IMG/VR virus record: IMGVR_UViG_3300043539_001773 | Strand: one strand, 5' to 3' | DNA from: a virus | Length of the DNA stretch: 64,000 bases | Part shown: piece by piece, positions 33,701 through 46,090 of the stretch | Position numbering within the stretch: position 1 is the stretch's first letter | How the letters are laid out: each line of letters starts with the position of its first letter | Notes under the pieces: model-generated | Seen by the model: the letters and a program-made list of their open reading frames with translations, nothing else | Told to the model about the DNA's origin: nothing | The model's database searches: none | Position numbers and translations under genes: made by a program

Positions 33701-36700
33701 TGCGAAGTCATCAAACATAGTTTGAATTTTACTTACAAAAATTGGATCACTTGTAGGAGTAGCTGAAGATTTCATAATCTGAGTTAAGTTACTTTGTCTA
33801 TAGCTTGCTATAAGTCCGTTGTTTCCAGATTTTAGTATTTCATCTGGATTCAACTTTAACATCGTTCCAGCTTCAGTTGAAGCTACTTTTTTAAGTATAG
33901 ACTGTGATGTTGCTCCAATGTTTAAGAACTTATGTTTTACTGCACTAACTCCACCTTCACCAGCACCCATGTACTGCCTTGCAAAGTCGTCTACGTTAAC
34001 GCCCACTTCTCCATCAAATAAGTTAACTATTTTTCCTGTTTCTCCCTCTCCATTTAAATCAACTAACTTAAATATTGCTCTTTGTAAATCTTCTTGAGTT
34101 ATATCTCCAGCTGATTTTTTAAATTGTTGTGCTATAGGCTTTTGTCCGTGAGCTAAAGAATTAAGATATTTAAATATTTTATCTTCTTTGCTTAAACTTT
34201 CCATAGCTTCAGCTGAAGCTTGATTTTTTAAATCACCTGAAAGACCAAGAACGAATCCAGTTCTATCATTTATCATTTCGGATACCGCATTGGAGACATT
34301 TCTAAACCTTTGGCCCATCTGAGTTTCATCTCCGAACATTCTCATTATGGTATCTTCATCTAGATGTGGCGCTAGTAATGCAAACTCCTGAGGACCAGTT
34401 GGTTGACGCCAAGCAAATGATACAAGTTGTCTTACACCTTGAGAATTTTTAACTGATTGCAAATTAGTTATCCACTTGTCATCTAAGTCGAATCCACCAC
34501 CAGCTTCGTATAAACCTAGACTCGAAGCTGCGACATCTGGTATTAGCATTTTGTGTCCCACGTGTCTAAATTTAAACAAAGATAAATTAATATTTTCAGC
34601 TGTTCCTAATGATTCATCTCCAATTTTAGATGTGAACCTATTAAATGTTGTATCATCGGTAACGCCAAGAATTTTTTTCTTACCACGTCTCGATACTGCT
34701 CCTTCGGTATCTATAGCCTGTCTTTGCGCATAAGGCATTGCGAAGTTATATATTTCAACATCCACATTGTTTTGACCTGGTCTAAATGCCCTATATGTTT
34801 TACCCTTTCTAAATGCTTCTCTTTGAGCTTGTTTTAATAGCTCGTTAGCAAGCTCTGGTATTTCATTAACCTTTACGGTACCAGAAGATAAATGTTGTTG
34901 TAAATTTCTTGCAGTAGTTCTAATGTCAAGTGCGTTTTGTTTGCTTCCAAATCTTTCAACTACAGTCTGTGGATCCATGCCCTCTACATCTAGAGCTGCG
35001 TCTGAAATGATAGATCTTCTCATTCTTTCACTAACTATTCCGTCAGAAATATTTTTTATTTCCGCCTTAAGGACTTCAGCTGATTCACCAACTTGTCTTT
35101 GAAAATCCTGACCATATTGCTCTCTATGAAATATCATAGCTTGTGGTTCACTGTAAACCATGTCTCTGCCATGCCCAGTACTTATATTCATTGTGATTTG
35201 TTGACCAACGTTTTGACCCAATTCTTCACTTCCAGGAGCTGCTAATCTAGCAAAACTAATTTCTTTTTTAAGGAGTTCAGTTGAGCCAGCACCTATGTAA
35301 CCTAGTCTACCCAAACGTTGTTCTATTTTTCCTTGTATTAAGTCAAATACAGATTTACCCTGACCTCTCCCTATGAACATTCTAGCTGTGTCATGTTCAA
35401 ATTCTCTTAAAAGTAATTCTCCTCCGTCTAAAAATTCATCGGCATTTGTCGCAACTCTATTTAGTTCAGCTGTAAAATTACTAATTTTTCCAGTAAGTAT
35501 TGCGACTTCATCACTTCCTTCAGAATATGTTTTTGCATTTAATATTGCTCTGGCTTCTTCTATCGAAGACTTTAATTCTACAGCATGCTGTCTCATTGGT
35601 ATACCTGTGATGAAACCGGAACCATCATCTATCTTTTTCATTTCACTTAGGGCATTTACATATGTTTGATATTTACCCTTAAGTTCTGCGGGGACGCCCT
35701 CTTTACCGGATATTTTTTCTATTCTTGATATAATATCATCAAGTGATATTTTTTGATTTTTTTTATCTGCAATAGTTTCTCTAAATTGAGATTGTATTAT
35801 ATTTGCAAATTCATTAAATTCTTCATCCCCATCTAATCCTGAAAGTTCTAGTGCTGAACGAAAATATTGTTGAGCTGATTGAGATGTTTCTCCCTCCATT
35901 GCAATTCGTGTTCCAAGCCTCTCTCTTATCACTCCTAACCTGCCCTCTCTAGTGAGAGATGTATTTCCCAACAAGGTATTAGTATAAGTTTCTTCTAAGC
36001 CAAAAGCTTTTAAAGTTGTTTCTAATGCTGGATCGTAAAATAAATATGAATCTTCAAGAGTTTTTGGAGCTATATCCTTAAACCTACTAGCTACTTTTGT
36101 TGATAAATGGTCAACCATTTTATCAATTCCGGTTTCATCGATAACCATATTTCTTGGTACTAAGCTTTGCCATTGTCTTTTTTGAGACTTCCCAAGTTGA
36201 CCACCTAATATTTGTTCTACATTTTTTCCAAAATTCATAGATCCATCAGGATTTAATGGGTTTATAAGTTTTGCTAATCTATCTACGTTAAAGAATTGAG
36301 CGTCTACCGTATTCATTAATAATTGAGTTTCTTCTCCGGTTAAGAATTTGTAACCTTCATCAGTTTGATATCTTAACCTAAGTAATATTGCAGATCCATC
36401 TCTAGAAGCTAAATATCCAGGAGCAGCAAGTTCCCCTGATGATACCTTGCCAGCTATATTAATGCGATCTCCTACTAATTCTGGATAACTTAATTCATCG
36501 TGATAGAGTAATGACATAGCACCAAGTGTTTCTTCTGAAGTTTTAGAATATCCAACTCTTACTAATTCAATATTTTTTCCTTCAAGATCACTAAGTATTT
36601 TATTCCTAGATCTAAATGCTTTTGCTTCTGGGTTGTCTAATCTTAGATATTCATTAATATTAGATGTTAAGTTAGAAAGAGGACCATAGCCAGATGGATC

Positions 36701-36952
36701 GGGAGATAAAATTCCTCTTGCTCCAGTAAATACATTTACTTCAGAAATGCCGTATAAACTAGTTGCCTCTATTGCTTCCTCTAAAGTATCATAGGCCTTT
36801 CCGGTTATAGTGTTAACCAACTCGTTAGTAGTTTTATCAAATCTTACTAAACCTCTTGCATAGATGTCTTGACTTGTTACAAGGGAACTTGGTAATTCAC
36901 TTATTTGTCTACCAAGACTTCTGGCAAATGTTGATTTGTTTGCGTCTACCAT
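30752..36952 (-). CDS. Giant helical virion protein, about 2065 aa, joined across three +1 shifts (track ORFs 33563..36952, 31780..33546, 30822..31790 plus a C-terminal extension to 30752)
   Basis: Joins EVVI-G-VKTALDAMFQRA, RAIE-G-MSADPN and MNRA-G-LVTNGQVRGTMHNSLPSLGRDPYNDIAGSF-stop. The last extension fills an otherwise empty gap. Lies next to the tape-measure-like gene. Confidence 0.7.
30845..30848 (-). other. +1 frame-break site 5 (GCT CGG A)
   Basis: In-frame CGG 8 codons before the stop; the +1 frame adds 31 residues and ends at TAG 30752. Confidence 0.65.
31791..31794 (-). other. +1 frame-break site 6 (GAA CGG C; the only CGGC case)
   Basis: In-frame CGG 4 codons before the stop; the +1 frame reads GGC ATG AGC GCT. 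No Shine-Dalgarno is evident before this ATG. Confidence 0.7.
33568..33571 (-). other. +1 frame-break site 7 (ATA CGG A)
   Basis: CGG AGT TAA in the zero frame; the +1 frame reads GGA GTT AAA ACC GCC CTG GAC GCA ATG. Confidence 0.8.
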
Positions 36953-36956
36953 ATTG

Positions 36957-39900
36957 TTAGCCTCTTATTCCAGCCATAATATTTACTGAACCTGGATTTG
37001 AATTATTCATTACTGGAGATATATTTCCACTTATTCCCATATCAAACATTAATCTTTGCAACTTAGATCTAACATCTTCTGGAGAAGAATTACTTTGCCC
37101 AAACATTGGGTAACTAGGATTGACTAAATTTGCTTCTTTTATTTGCTGTGGGAAGTAACCCATTTGAGACATTTCAAGTCCCATTGACTGGCCCATTTTT
37201 ATTTTTACGTGTTCCATATTTGTATTTGGATGCCATACTTCAGAACCCGGTCCAGGAAGTTCGTGTCTAGTAAAATAGTTTACTAGATCCGGCTTTCTTT
37301 CTACTGGCATACCCCATGCAGCCTCGTATATTCTTCTTTCTAATCTTCCAGCAGTAGATAGTATTCGACCTCTCTCACTTTTTGGAGCTTCAAGCATTGC
37401 TCTAAAGTGTTCTCTTTTTCTTTTTGGTATTGCTGCTGCTAGTTGATCTATTGATTGCGTATTAAGGTCTGCACCATACATTGTTTTTTTACTAGCTAAC
37501 ATAAATTGTTTAGCTGATTCTATATCTCCAACTTTTTCTGCTCTGGCTGCAGCTGTTCTATTTTTTACATAAGTTAGAATATCAGTATACTCTTCAAGAG
37601 CTAATTCTTTTTTTCTATTTATCGGAATGTATCTAGTTTCTTTCATCTTTTGAAGAGCTGAATAACCACCCGTTGTTAATGCGCCAACAGTTGCAAGCGC
37701 TGTTTGCATTCTTTTGGTTTTACCAAATGAACCAAGCGCAAATGCGCCTATTCCAGCAGCTAAAAGAGGATTTCTTTGAGTTCCTTTATAATAAATTGGT
37801 TTAATAAAACTTTCAACTGGTTTTTGCCATTCGGGAAATGTGGAACCATAAACGTTTCTTCTTTCCCAATCTTCAGTTGCTGTTTTTTCACCAGTAAATT
37901 TGTTGTTAATAAAGTTGTCTGTATGTAGTACAGATTCTTTTATTGTTCGTATTGGATTAGCTATCTTTTCAAGAGTGGAATATTCTGTGTAAGGAGTAAA
38001 ATCAGTTTTACTGTTCTCTATTGCATTTTGCTGAGCTCTTATTTGTCCAACTTTAATTCTTTCATCTTCACCTAATCCCATTTTATCTATTCTTGAATTC
38101 AAAGCTCTGAATTCTTTTGAATATGGAGCTACGTCAGCAAGGATATCTAATTGATTTACTGCGCCATATCTTCCACTGGAGTCTGAATAAATTCTATTAA
38201 ATCTTTCGTAACCCACACCAGGTAGTCTTAGTTCACCTTCTTTTACTTTTGTGAATGGATCACCTGTAGTAAAGTCAATGAAGTTACTGCTATTGGGAAG
38301 AAACGGATACTGTTCGCCCATTGTGTTTTTAATCGGGTTAATAAAATTAACATTAGTTCTTTCTTTTGGAATAAACCTTCTTATTATTTCAGAAGCTTCA
38401 ATATTTCCAAGAGCACCATCAGATTGAAGAGGCACGTCTCCTAATCCACCTAAGTTTAAATCCCAAAAAGCTCTAGTGGTACCATATGCTTTTGATGCTG
38501 ATTGTAAAACTGATTTATCTGGTTCAAAGTCATATGAACCAAAACCAAAAGCAGATCTTATATTTCCACCAGCAAAACCATATATACCAAATGTTTCCTG
38601 CAGTCTGTAACCAAGTTCTCCAGATAAGAATTCATTACTTCCAGATCTTATTGGCATTCCTGCTGCAACAATTTTTGCTGGCATAATACCAGGTCCTGCT
38701 GGTGGACCAAATTGAACTGGTTGCACTTGTGTAGAAACGGGAACTCTTTGATATGCGGCAGCAGCTAATGCATCGTTTTGTGCCCCTGATTGACCACGAA
38801 CTAATTGTCTTGCGGTGTTAAGTGATCCGCTACTGTTAGCTAATACTTGGTTTGAGCGAGAAATATTATAAGATCCAGCGGTACTCCCAATTGGAGACGA
38901 AGCGGCTGCTTCAGCGTAGTCTGAAAGTGGAGATATAAACCTAAGTGGTTTTCCACCATACGGTGCTGGACGAGCTGCTGGATAGCTAACAGCTGGATCC
39001 CTTTGTTCTACGTAGCCAACGTTACCAGGAGTCTCCTGAGGCATGTAGGCGCCGCTGGCGCCAACTGGGACATAACTAGATAATGCTCTATCTAATTCCT
39101 GCTTGTGCATTACCTTTTGTGGTTTTAAGATTCTTCCTACAGTTGCATTTAAGATTGGTACAGCTGCGCCAAATGGACCAGAAAAATATTCTCCAGTTAC
39201 AGGATAAGGTCTATCTTCATAATGCTTTTTTTCAAATCTATAAGGATCTAATGGTCTTAATGGAGAAAAGTCATTGTAATATAACATCTTTTCCATTGGA
39301 CTGCCATAGGTGTCTGATGTAAACATCGCTCCACCTTGCAGTCTTCTGTACCAAGATGGTCTGTAGTATTCTATTTTTCCACCACTAAATTTTGTATTAC
39401 CTAAAGGCCAGTATCTTCCTTTTCTTATCGCCACTTCGCCAGACAACAGTTGCTGTCTTTTTTGCCCGTAGCCCATTCCACCTGGAATAACACCAGAGAT
39501 TGCAGCTTGCGCCTCTACTCCAACTCTAGCTGCTGTACCAAGTACTAGCGGAGAATATACCCTTTCTCCTCTTTCATCTTTACGCTGCGTATATCCGCCT
39601 GCTGTTCTATCTATAGCTAATGCAGTAGTTCCTATTGCAACTGCAGGTAAAACCCTTTCCGCGTTCATTCCTCTGAAATACATATCCAGAGGACCATGGA
39701 AATTATCTGCGTCTAGACTAGAACCAACGCTCCCAAAGTATCTATTTAATCTATTAAAACCATGAGATATTGGAACAGATGCTAAAGAGAAACCTTCTTC
39801 ATTTCCATATGTTTTTATTCCCGTTGCACTTAGCAGTGCAGCTTTTGGATTCCTTTTAAGAGCTGTTCCAAACGTTGGGACAAAGGCAAATGTTTCTGGA

Positions 39901-42900
39901 CCAGATTGTCCAGATAAAGGACTAGCAGTAGGTTTCTCGGCATATCTGCCCATTCCCAAATTTTTCTTAAAGAAAGCAAATGGTTTATTTATACCAATTT
40001 GAGATACCAATGAAGACTGACCAGTGGTAACTATATCACCTTGAATGTGTGGATCTAATAAACTCTTTAAAGTACCTTTACTTAATAAATCTCTAGTTTC
40101 TTGAAATCTTCTTAAAGGATTTTGCAGTGTTCCTTCTAGGTTTTCTTTTGCTAACGAAGTTCCAGCTCCAGGACTAAATCTATACGTTTCGAATGCTGTT
40201 AGGTTGAATATTGTAGACAAAGTTGAAGCTTGTGCTTCTGCTTTTTGTGCAGAAGATATAATTCCTCTTGCAGCTAAATCATCTACAGCAGAAGTAACAT
40301 TCTGCATTACCGTTAATGGATCGCCAGTTAGTATTGCTTTTCTTTCTAGAAGAAATCTAAATACTTCTGACGACATTTCATCGCCTTTAGTTACAATGCT
40401 AGATGATTTTTCAAACATCTTTGATTGCTGCGAGAAATCATCTATATCTGCAAAAGATTTAATTCTAGCAAATGCCTTACTTACATCTTGATATCTCTTT
40501 AAAGCAGTTTCATTTCCTGTAGCCAGTGATTTTCTTTGAGATTCTAAAACATCATTTAATGCGCTAAAGACTCTATTTGCTTGAGCTGGAGTTGATATTC
40601 CAACAAAATCATCGACACTAAGACCAGCAAGATCTTCTGACGTAAAGGAACCAAGCACTTCTCTTTGAACTGATTTGTTTGTTCCATAACTTAATTGCCT
40701 ATTTGCAAATCTAGTAAATGATTCCATTAACTGAGAATGTGATGCTACTTGTGCTCCCGAATCAACATCAAGTAAATTATATCTAGCTATTTCTCCGGCA
40801 TCATCTAACTCTGTACGTAATTGTAAATTCTTCCTTTTTCCAAATCCGCCAATTGAAAATGTCTCATCTACTTCTCCAGACATTAATTTGGCCATTACAG
40901 CATCGTTTTCTACGTCTGCTTGTCTATTTACTAGTCTTCCAAAAAATCTAAATAAAGAGTTTGGTTGTTCATCTGCGTAATCTAAACGCTCTCTGATTTT
41001 TCCCATCACACCTGTTGCAGTGCGACTCTGCTGAGTCCTTTGCCCTGCAGCTAGTTCTGCGGTGCTGGTAAACATTGATGAAACCGCTGTTGGAATTGGC
41101 CTATATGTTCCCTCTAAAGCTGTAGCGGTAGCACCTGTGTGACCATATAGTCTTCCCTTTGTCCCTAGAAAACCACCAGTGCTATGCCATGTATAGAAGT
41201 CTGCCTTAGAACCTTTAACAAATGGTTGACTTGCTGCTCCTGAAGTTACTTGATATTTTCCAGCTTTTGCCATTCCAGCAAAATCTTTATAACCCAGCAT
41301 TTGCATTGGGTTAATTCCAATAACTGGAACTTTAGTTTCAGTAGCTAAAGCTTCTGTTACTTTTCTAATTCCAGATCTAATTGGATTAAAGTTTACTACC
41401 TGATCGCCCGACGTGTAATATCCTTTAACATTGCTTAACGTAGTTTGAGTAGAAGATGTTTTAATTCTATTTAATATACCTAGCTCAACACTATTATCTC
41501 CGCTTAGTATATTTTTAGTTAAAGAATTTTGAAGTGATGGGTCTGTTATTTGGCCTGTAATTGTTTGGTAAGCTAGTTTTTCTCTATCTAGAAAATCGTC
41601 TACAGTAAGACCTTTTAATCCAAAAAGTCCAGCTAATCCAGATGTTTCACCAGCGACCATTTCTTTATTATTCATTAAGTAGCCTCTAAGTTGAGAGGCA
41701 TTTCTTATATCTATTCCACGAGCACCTAATGCTTGTTGCAGCTTATTTGCATCACCTAAGATTGACTCGTCTAAGCCAAATACTTTTCCAGCTCTTCTAG
41801 CCATCTCAGCTCTAAGCTGACTTGCTTGAACTGAATCTCCAGCTGCATCTAAATAATTTACTCTGTTTAATTTTTGCGGCTTTAATACAGAAGAAAATAC
41901 TTCTTTTTCAAAAACTGTTCTAGCTGACTCGTGTGCGGCTGCCGTGTTTATACCAACGTTTAAACCTTTGCGACTAAATGAAGCTTCGTCAAATAAAATG
42001 TCATCTGTTGCTTTTACAGCTTTTCTTAGTTTATCTGCGTCAAACACATCTGGTATTGGATTATTTTTTCCATATTTTCCAGAATTAAATCTATTAATTA
42101 ATTGACCAAAAAAATCTTCTCCAACGATTTCTTCTTTACCCATTCTCAATCGTTCGGTTGGGCTTATGGATTCTTTAACACTTCCACCAGTCTTCTTAGA
42201 TGAAACTAGTCTATAGATGTCATCACTGACAGTAAGGTTTGCAGTAAAATTTTTGGCGACAGATTCATCTAGCCCACCTTCTATTAACTGCTTCTGCAAT
42301 CTATCTTTATAAGCACCTTGTCTCAACATTTTTATGAAAGTGCTTGTTGGTCCCTCTCCACCTGTTTTAGTGTTGAATTCATTTAAAAGACTAAATACAT
42401 CTGATGATCTTTTTCTTTGAATATTTAATATTGATTCACCGAGTGAAGAGTCTATTGCTCGAGCACCAGATGGAGTTGCTCTATCAACTCCAAGAATTTT
42501 TCCAAAACCCTTTTGTATTTCAGTCCAATTTGTTCCAGGTTTATCCAAAAACGATTGAGCAAAGGAGAGTTTTTGATATTGCTCATGTGCTGACTTTGCA
42601 CCTTGTCTAACTGCCTTATAACCAGGAATCAGATCCAGCATTGAATCTATTTGCGTTCCTTGTAGTGGTTTATTTACGTCTACTTGATTTAGTTTTGTTT
42701 TATTGCCTCTATATATATCTTTAGCTAAATCTTGCACTACCTGTCTTCTAGGAGGTTTTGCTCCACCAGGTGCTGGAGTAGAACCATGCCTCTGTGAATA
42801 AAGAGCTGCAACTGGGTTCTTATGGATGTCTGTCATTGCGATAAATGCGCTTGACAAAGCTCCAGATGATCTTTCCGAAAACTTAATTGACTTATCTAAT

Positions 42901-43791
42901 ACGCTAAATAAATCGTGACCAACACCTTCAAGTATTCCTTTTAGGTTTAAAGACTTTTCATATATAGCATGTTTTGTTGTATTTTTTATCGTAGAATAAC
43001 CAGTGGCGTTTGTTGCCATCAGTCTTTCTTGTGCTGTTCTATAAAAATTTAATGAGCTTTCTTTTGCTGCACCAGCCGCAGCTGTTGGCAGCATGAATCC
43101 GCCCATTTGGAATAGAGTTGTTTTAGCTAAATCCTTAGCTATATCTACACCTCTAGATGGATCGTACCATTTCTTTTTTGGTCCAAGATCTTCTTCACCG
43201 TTACCAAATAACGGCTTAGTTATATATTTATCTGCTGCATAGAAAGCAGGTACTTCGTACGGCAGTCTTCTAGCTTGACGAACTAGTCTCTGCTGAAGCT
43301 CATCTCTATAGTGCCATGTAGCGGTTGATGAGGCGCCTTTGCGCTCTGCTCCAAATGCGTACCCAGCATTAACAACGCTCTTATGTCCTTCGTAACCTGT
43401 TTGAAGTTTTCCAGCGGAATCAAAAACTAATTTTGTTTTTCCTTCTTCTAAACGAGTTACTCCTTCAAGTTCATCGAGTATACTTCTTGCTTTTAATAAA
43501 CCGTAATTGGCCCTAGATATAAAGCTGCCTTCAGCAGATCCTGCTGCTCTTTCGGTAAAAGCTTTTCCGTATTTTTAGGCCACCACCTCTTACAAATTTT
43601 CCAGCAACTGTGGCTGCAACACCAGTTGCAATCATGGCTGAAGCCATCTTTACTAGTGGTCTACCTTCTAGGGCTCTACTAACGTAACCAGAATCTGGAG
43701 ATGGACCATTTTGAGTATCGTCTCCGGTGGTGAATTCCCTAGAAGTTACGCCAAATCCAATATTATGGATCGGCCCTCTATCTCTCTGCAT
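36957..43791 (-). CDS. Tape-measure-like protein, about 2277 aa, joined across a +1 shift at CGGA 43566-43569
   Basis: Directly follows the tail chaperones; long, G/A-rich and helical with hydrophobic stretches; SD-like GAGGGGGTG before ATG 43791. The join GGLKI-G-KAFTERAAGS...KTTLFQMGGFM bridges about 460 nt without a stop. Confidence 0.7.
43566..43569 (-). other. +1 frame-break site 8 (ATA CGG A)
   Basis: In-frame CGG 12 codons before the stop; the +1 frame is open into the 2049-aa ORF. Confidence 0.8.
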
Positions 43792-43814
43792 TGGTCACCC
43801 CCTCTTATCTTATC

Positions 43815-44448
43815 TTACCTGCTCATACCCCATAGTTTTTGAGCAATGGGGTCACTATATGTTGCAGATCCTTCAACCTTAGATGCATTGTGCCTAGCTG
43901 CTGATAGATTCTCTTTTTCTCTTTCTTCCTGAGGATCTATCAGGGATAGAGATACGTTAGTAGATTCTATTCCAGCAATTGCTTGCTGGACTTCAATTAT
44001 CTTTTCTGCTAATGCAACTCTTTCCGCTAGCTTTGAATAGGTTAGCGAATCTAGAAATTCTGGAGTATCTGTATGTATAGTAGCCAGAACAAAGGCTTTC
44101 ATTAAGCCTCTAACGTGATTAGCTACTACTCTTTTTTCTTCTAAAATTCGTTTAGCCGTGCGTGCTGATGCGAAGCCAGAAAATTCGACTATCTGCTCAG
44201 CTAAAGAACTTATGGCTCCAGGCGGAAATTTATTTAAATCAAAGTCTTCAGGATAAACTACAGAGGCTTTAATAATTTCATCTTCTGCGTCAGCAGACGA
44301 CATACCAGCTGTACTCTTGTATGCTGCAACTTTATCAAACTCAGAAAAACTTAGCTCTTTAAATACTATCTCAGATCCGTTTTATTTCTGTTTGAAATAT
44401 TGAACCGTGTTTTTTCTTTAGCTCAAAAAGAATTCCTGCATCTAACAT
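43815..44448 (-). CDS. Tail assembly chaperone 2, about 210 aa, joined across a +1 shift at CGGA 44376-44379
   Basis: ATG at 44448 follows the upstream stop. The joined sequence LKKKHGSIFQTEIK-G-SEIVFKELSFSEF parallels WKKQYGEVYVTSISFDKHIIWRVLSRIEY of the upstream chaperone, and PGAISSLAEQIVEFSGF parallels AGLPSLISQEVLEASGF. Confidence 0.75.
44376..44379 (-). other. +1 frame-break site 9 (AAA CGG A)
   Basis: CGG ATC TGA in the zero frame; similarity to the paralogue spans the junction. Confidence 0.85.
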
Positions 44449-44449
44449 C

Positions 44450-44989
44450 TTAGAGTTGTCTAACCTCTAGGGCGACGAATCCAGAAGCTTCTAAGACTTC
44501 TTGTGAGATAAGAGAAGGAAGACCTGCCATGTCACCGGTGAGAGCTTGCTTGTCATAAGATGGGAACAAAATGCAAAGTTCTGAAATTGCTTCTTCGTTC
44601 CACATATTTGCCTCTGCATTAGATAGCTGACCAGCTTGCATTAGGGTTTCCATTTTCTTAACAAGCTGCTTATATTCAATTCTGGAAAGAACACGCCATA
44701 TGATATGCTTATCGAATGAAATAGAAGTTACATATACTTCGCCGTACTGTTTCTTCCATGCTTTGATTTGTCCAGCTGTAGGACCGTTATCAAAAATAAC
44801 TTGATCATCTGCTAATTCCTCAACCGTTGTCGCCTGCTCAACGGGAATTTGCGCATCTGAATAATCAGATACAATAATGTCACCATCTTGTGGTTCATCC
44901 GTCTCTAAAAAAACCTCAACTGAATCAGCAGAAATTTCTTCTGCCATTTCTTTATCTTGTCTAACTACAACTTTTCTCTTCTCAGACAT
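44450..44989 (-). CDS. Tail assembly chaperone 1
   Basis: Acidic protein between tube and tape-measure genes; IKAWKKQYGEVY...WRVLSRIEYK...CILFP...EASGF; SD AAGGAG. Confidence 0.7.
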   Translation of the reverse strand: MSEKRKVVVRQDKEMAEEISADSVEVFLETDEPQDGDIIVSDYSDAQIPVEQATTVEELADDQVIFDNGPTAGQIKAWKKQYGEVYVTSISFDKHIIWRVLSRIEYKQLVKKMETLMQAGQLSNAEANMWNEEAISELCILFPSYDKQALTGDMAGLPSLISQEVLEASGFVALEVRQL

Positions 44990-45018
44990 TGTTTCTCCTT
45001 ATATCGTTTCAAGTTACA

Positions 45019-45030
45019 TTATATCATATC
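45019..45030 (-). promoter_or_regulatory. Extended -10 promoter candidate (TGATATAAT)
   Basis: Minus strand reads ...gataTGATATAATgtaacttgaaacgatatAAGGAGaaacaATG upstream of 44989. Confidence 0.5.
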
Positions 45031-45061
45031 TGTATTAAAATTATTATCTTGGCTAAGTACT

Positions 45062-46081
45062 TTACGTCCTGTTTATCAATGGACTCTCAACCACGGATTT
45101 TGTAGCATTAGAAGCCTGTGGCTCTGTTGTAACAAACGTCTTACCAGTATATGGATTAAAGCCAGATTCTGCTTCTGTAAGATAAAAGTCCCTAGCCACA
45201 AAGCTATAAGTCTCTATTAAAGGAGATCCTCCGCTTTGGTATTCTGTGCTCATTTGCATGAGATGTACATTTTGTAAAACAATCTTCATTGGGGTCTTGT
45301 TATCGGCCATCTTAACTTTTCGCTCATTGATATCAGTAGATATTATCCTGTCCAAGTTGTCTCTCTGCTCTACAGAGGCCGTAGAAGCGTTCTCCGTGAC
45401 TCCTACGGGGCTCAAACTGGATTCCTCTACCCCGTAGACTATAACGAAGTTAAATGGAGGATGAGCGCTAAAGATGTTATGTTGGCCATCTGCTGAAGAT
45501 GTGCTTATTGCTGGATCAGTAGTTATTCTATCTAACTGACTATTGGCCCAATATTTCTGTATGTTTTCTTCATCTGTTCTTGATTCATTTTGTGATCTTA
45601 AAACAGATACAACTCCAGAGTTATCAGATTTACCCGATGCAGAGAAGCTTCTAACTCTTGCTGCCTCTTCTAGAAGGTGTGTCATCCTTCTAGGGTATCT
45701 TGAGTATAAAGAAAACTGACCAGTTATTATTCTGGATCCATTCATCATGGCATCAAAGTTGTATGACCAGAATCCATAGACTGCTTGCTTTTCTTGTTTA
45801 ATTAAAAAACCAAATCCAGCTATATCTAGTTCATCTTTTGGATCAAACAAACCATCGATATATACTTTTACATCTTCACCGGAGAAAAAGTAGTCATAAT
45901 AATTACTAAAACGAGGATCCCCAGTAGTTTTGCCACCAGCCCAATAAAGATCTAATTCTGCACTAAGGGGATCAAATGTTCCGTTCTTATTTCCTAAACC
46001 AGGGTTAGTTGAGACGGTATCCTCGTATGGAATATAGCCACTAAATGGTCTATATGGAATAGCTCTATATGGACTTGTCAT
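45062..46081 (-). CDS. Tail tube-like protein, paralogue 3
   Basis: FFSGEDVKVYI...KQAVYGFWSY...GSRIITGQF...PPFNFVI...IETYSFVARD shares motifs with the two upstream tube genes. Confidence 0.7.
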   Translation of the reverse strand: MTSPYRAIPYRPFSGYIPYEDTVSTNPGLGNKNGTFDPLSAELDLYWAGGKTTGDPRFSNYYDYFFSGEDVKVYIDGLFDPKDELDIAGFGFLIKQEKQAVYGFWSYNFDAMMNGSRIITGQFSLYSRYPRRMTHLLEEAARVRSFSASGKSDNSGVVSVLRSQNESRTDEENIQKYWANSQLDRITTDPAISTSSADGQHNIFSAHPPFNFVIVYGVEESSLSPVGVTENASTASVEQRDNLDRIISTDINERKVKMADNKTPMKIVLQNVHLMQMSTEYQSGGSPLIETYSFVARDFYLTEAESGFNPYTGKTFVTTEPQASNATKSVVESPLINRT

Positions 46082-46090
46082 ACTTAAACC

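Noticed and set aside
44440-44470. Classical -1 slippery frameshift joining chaperone 1 to chaperone 2
   Set aside because: No XXXYYYZ heptamer at the end of the first gene; the second has its own ATG one base after the stop.
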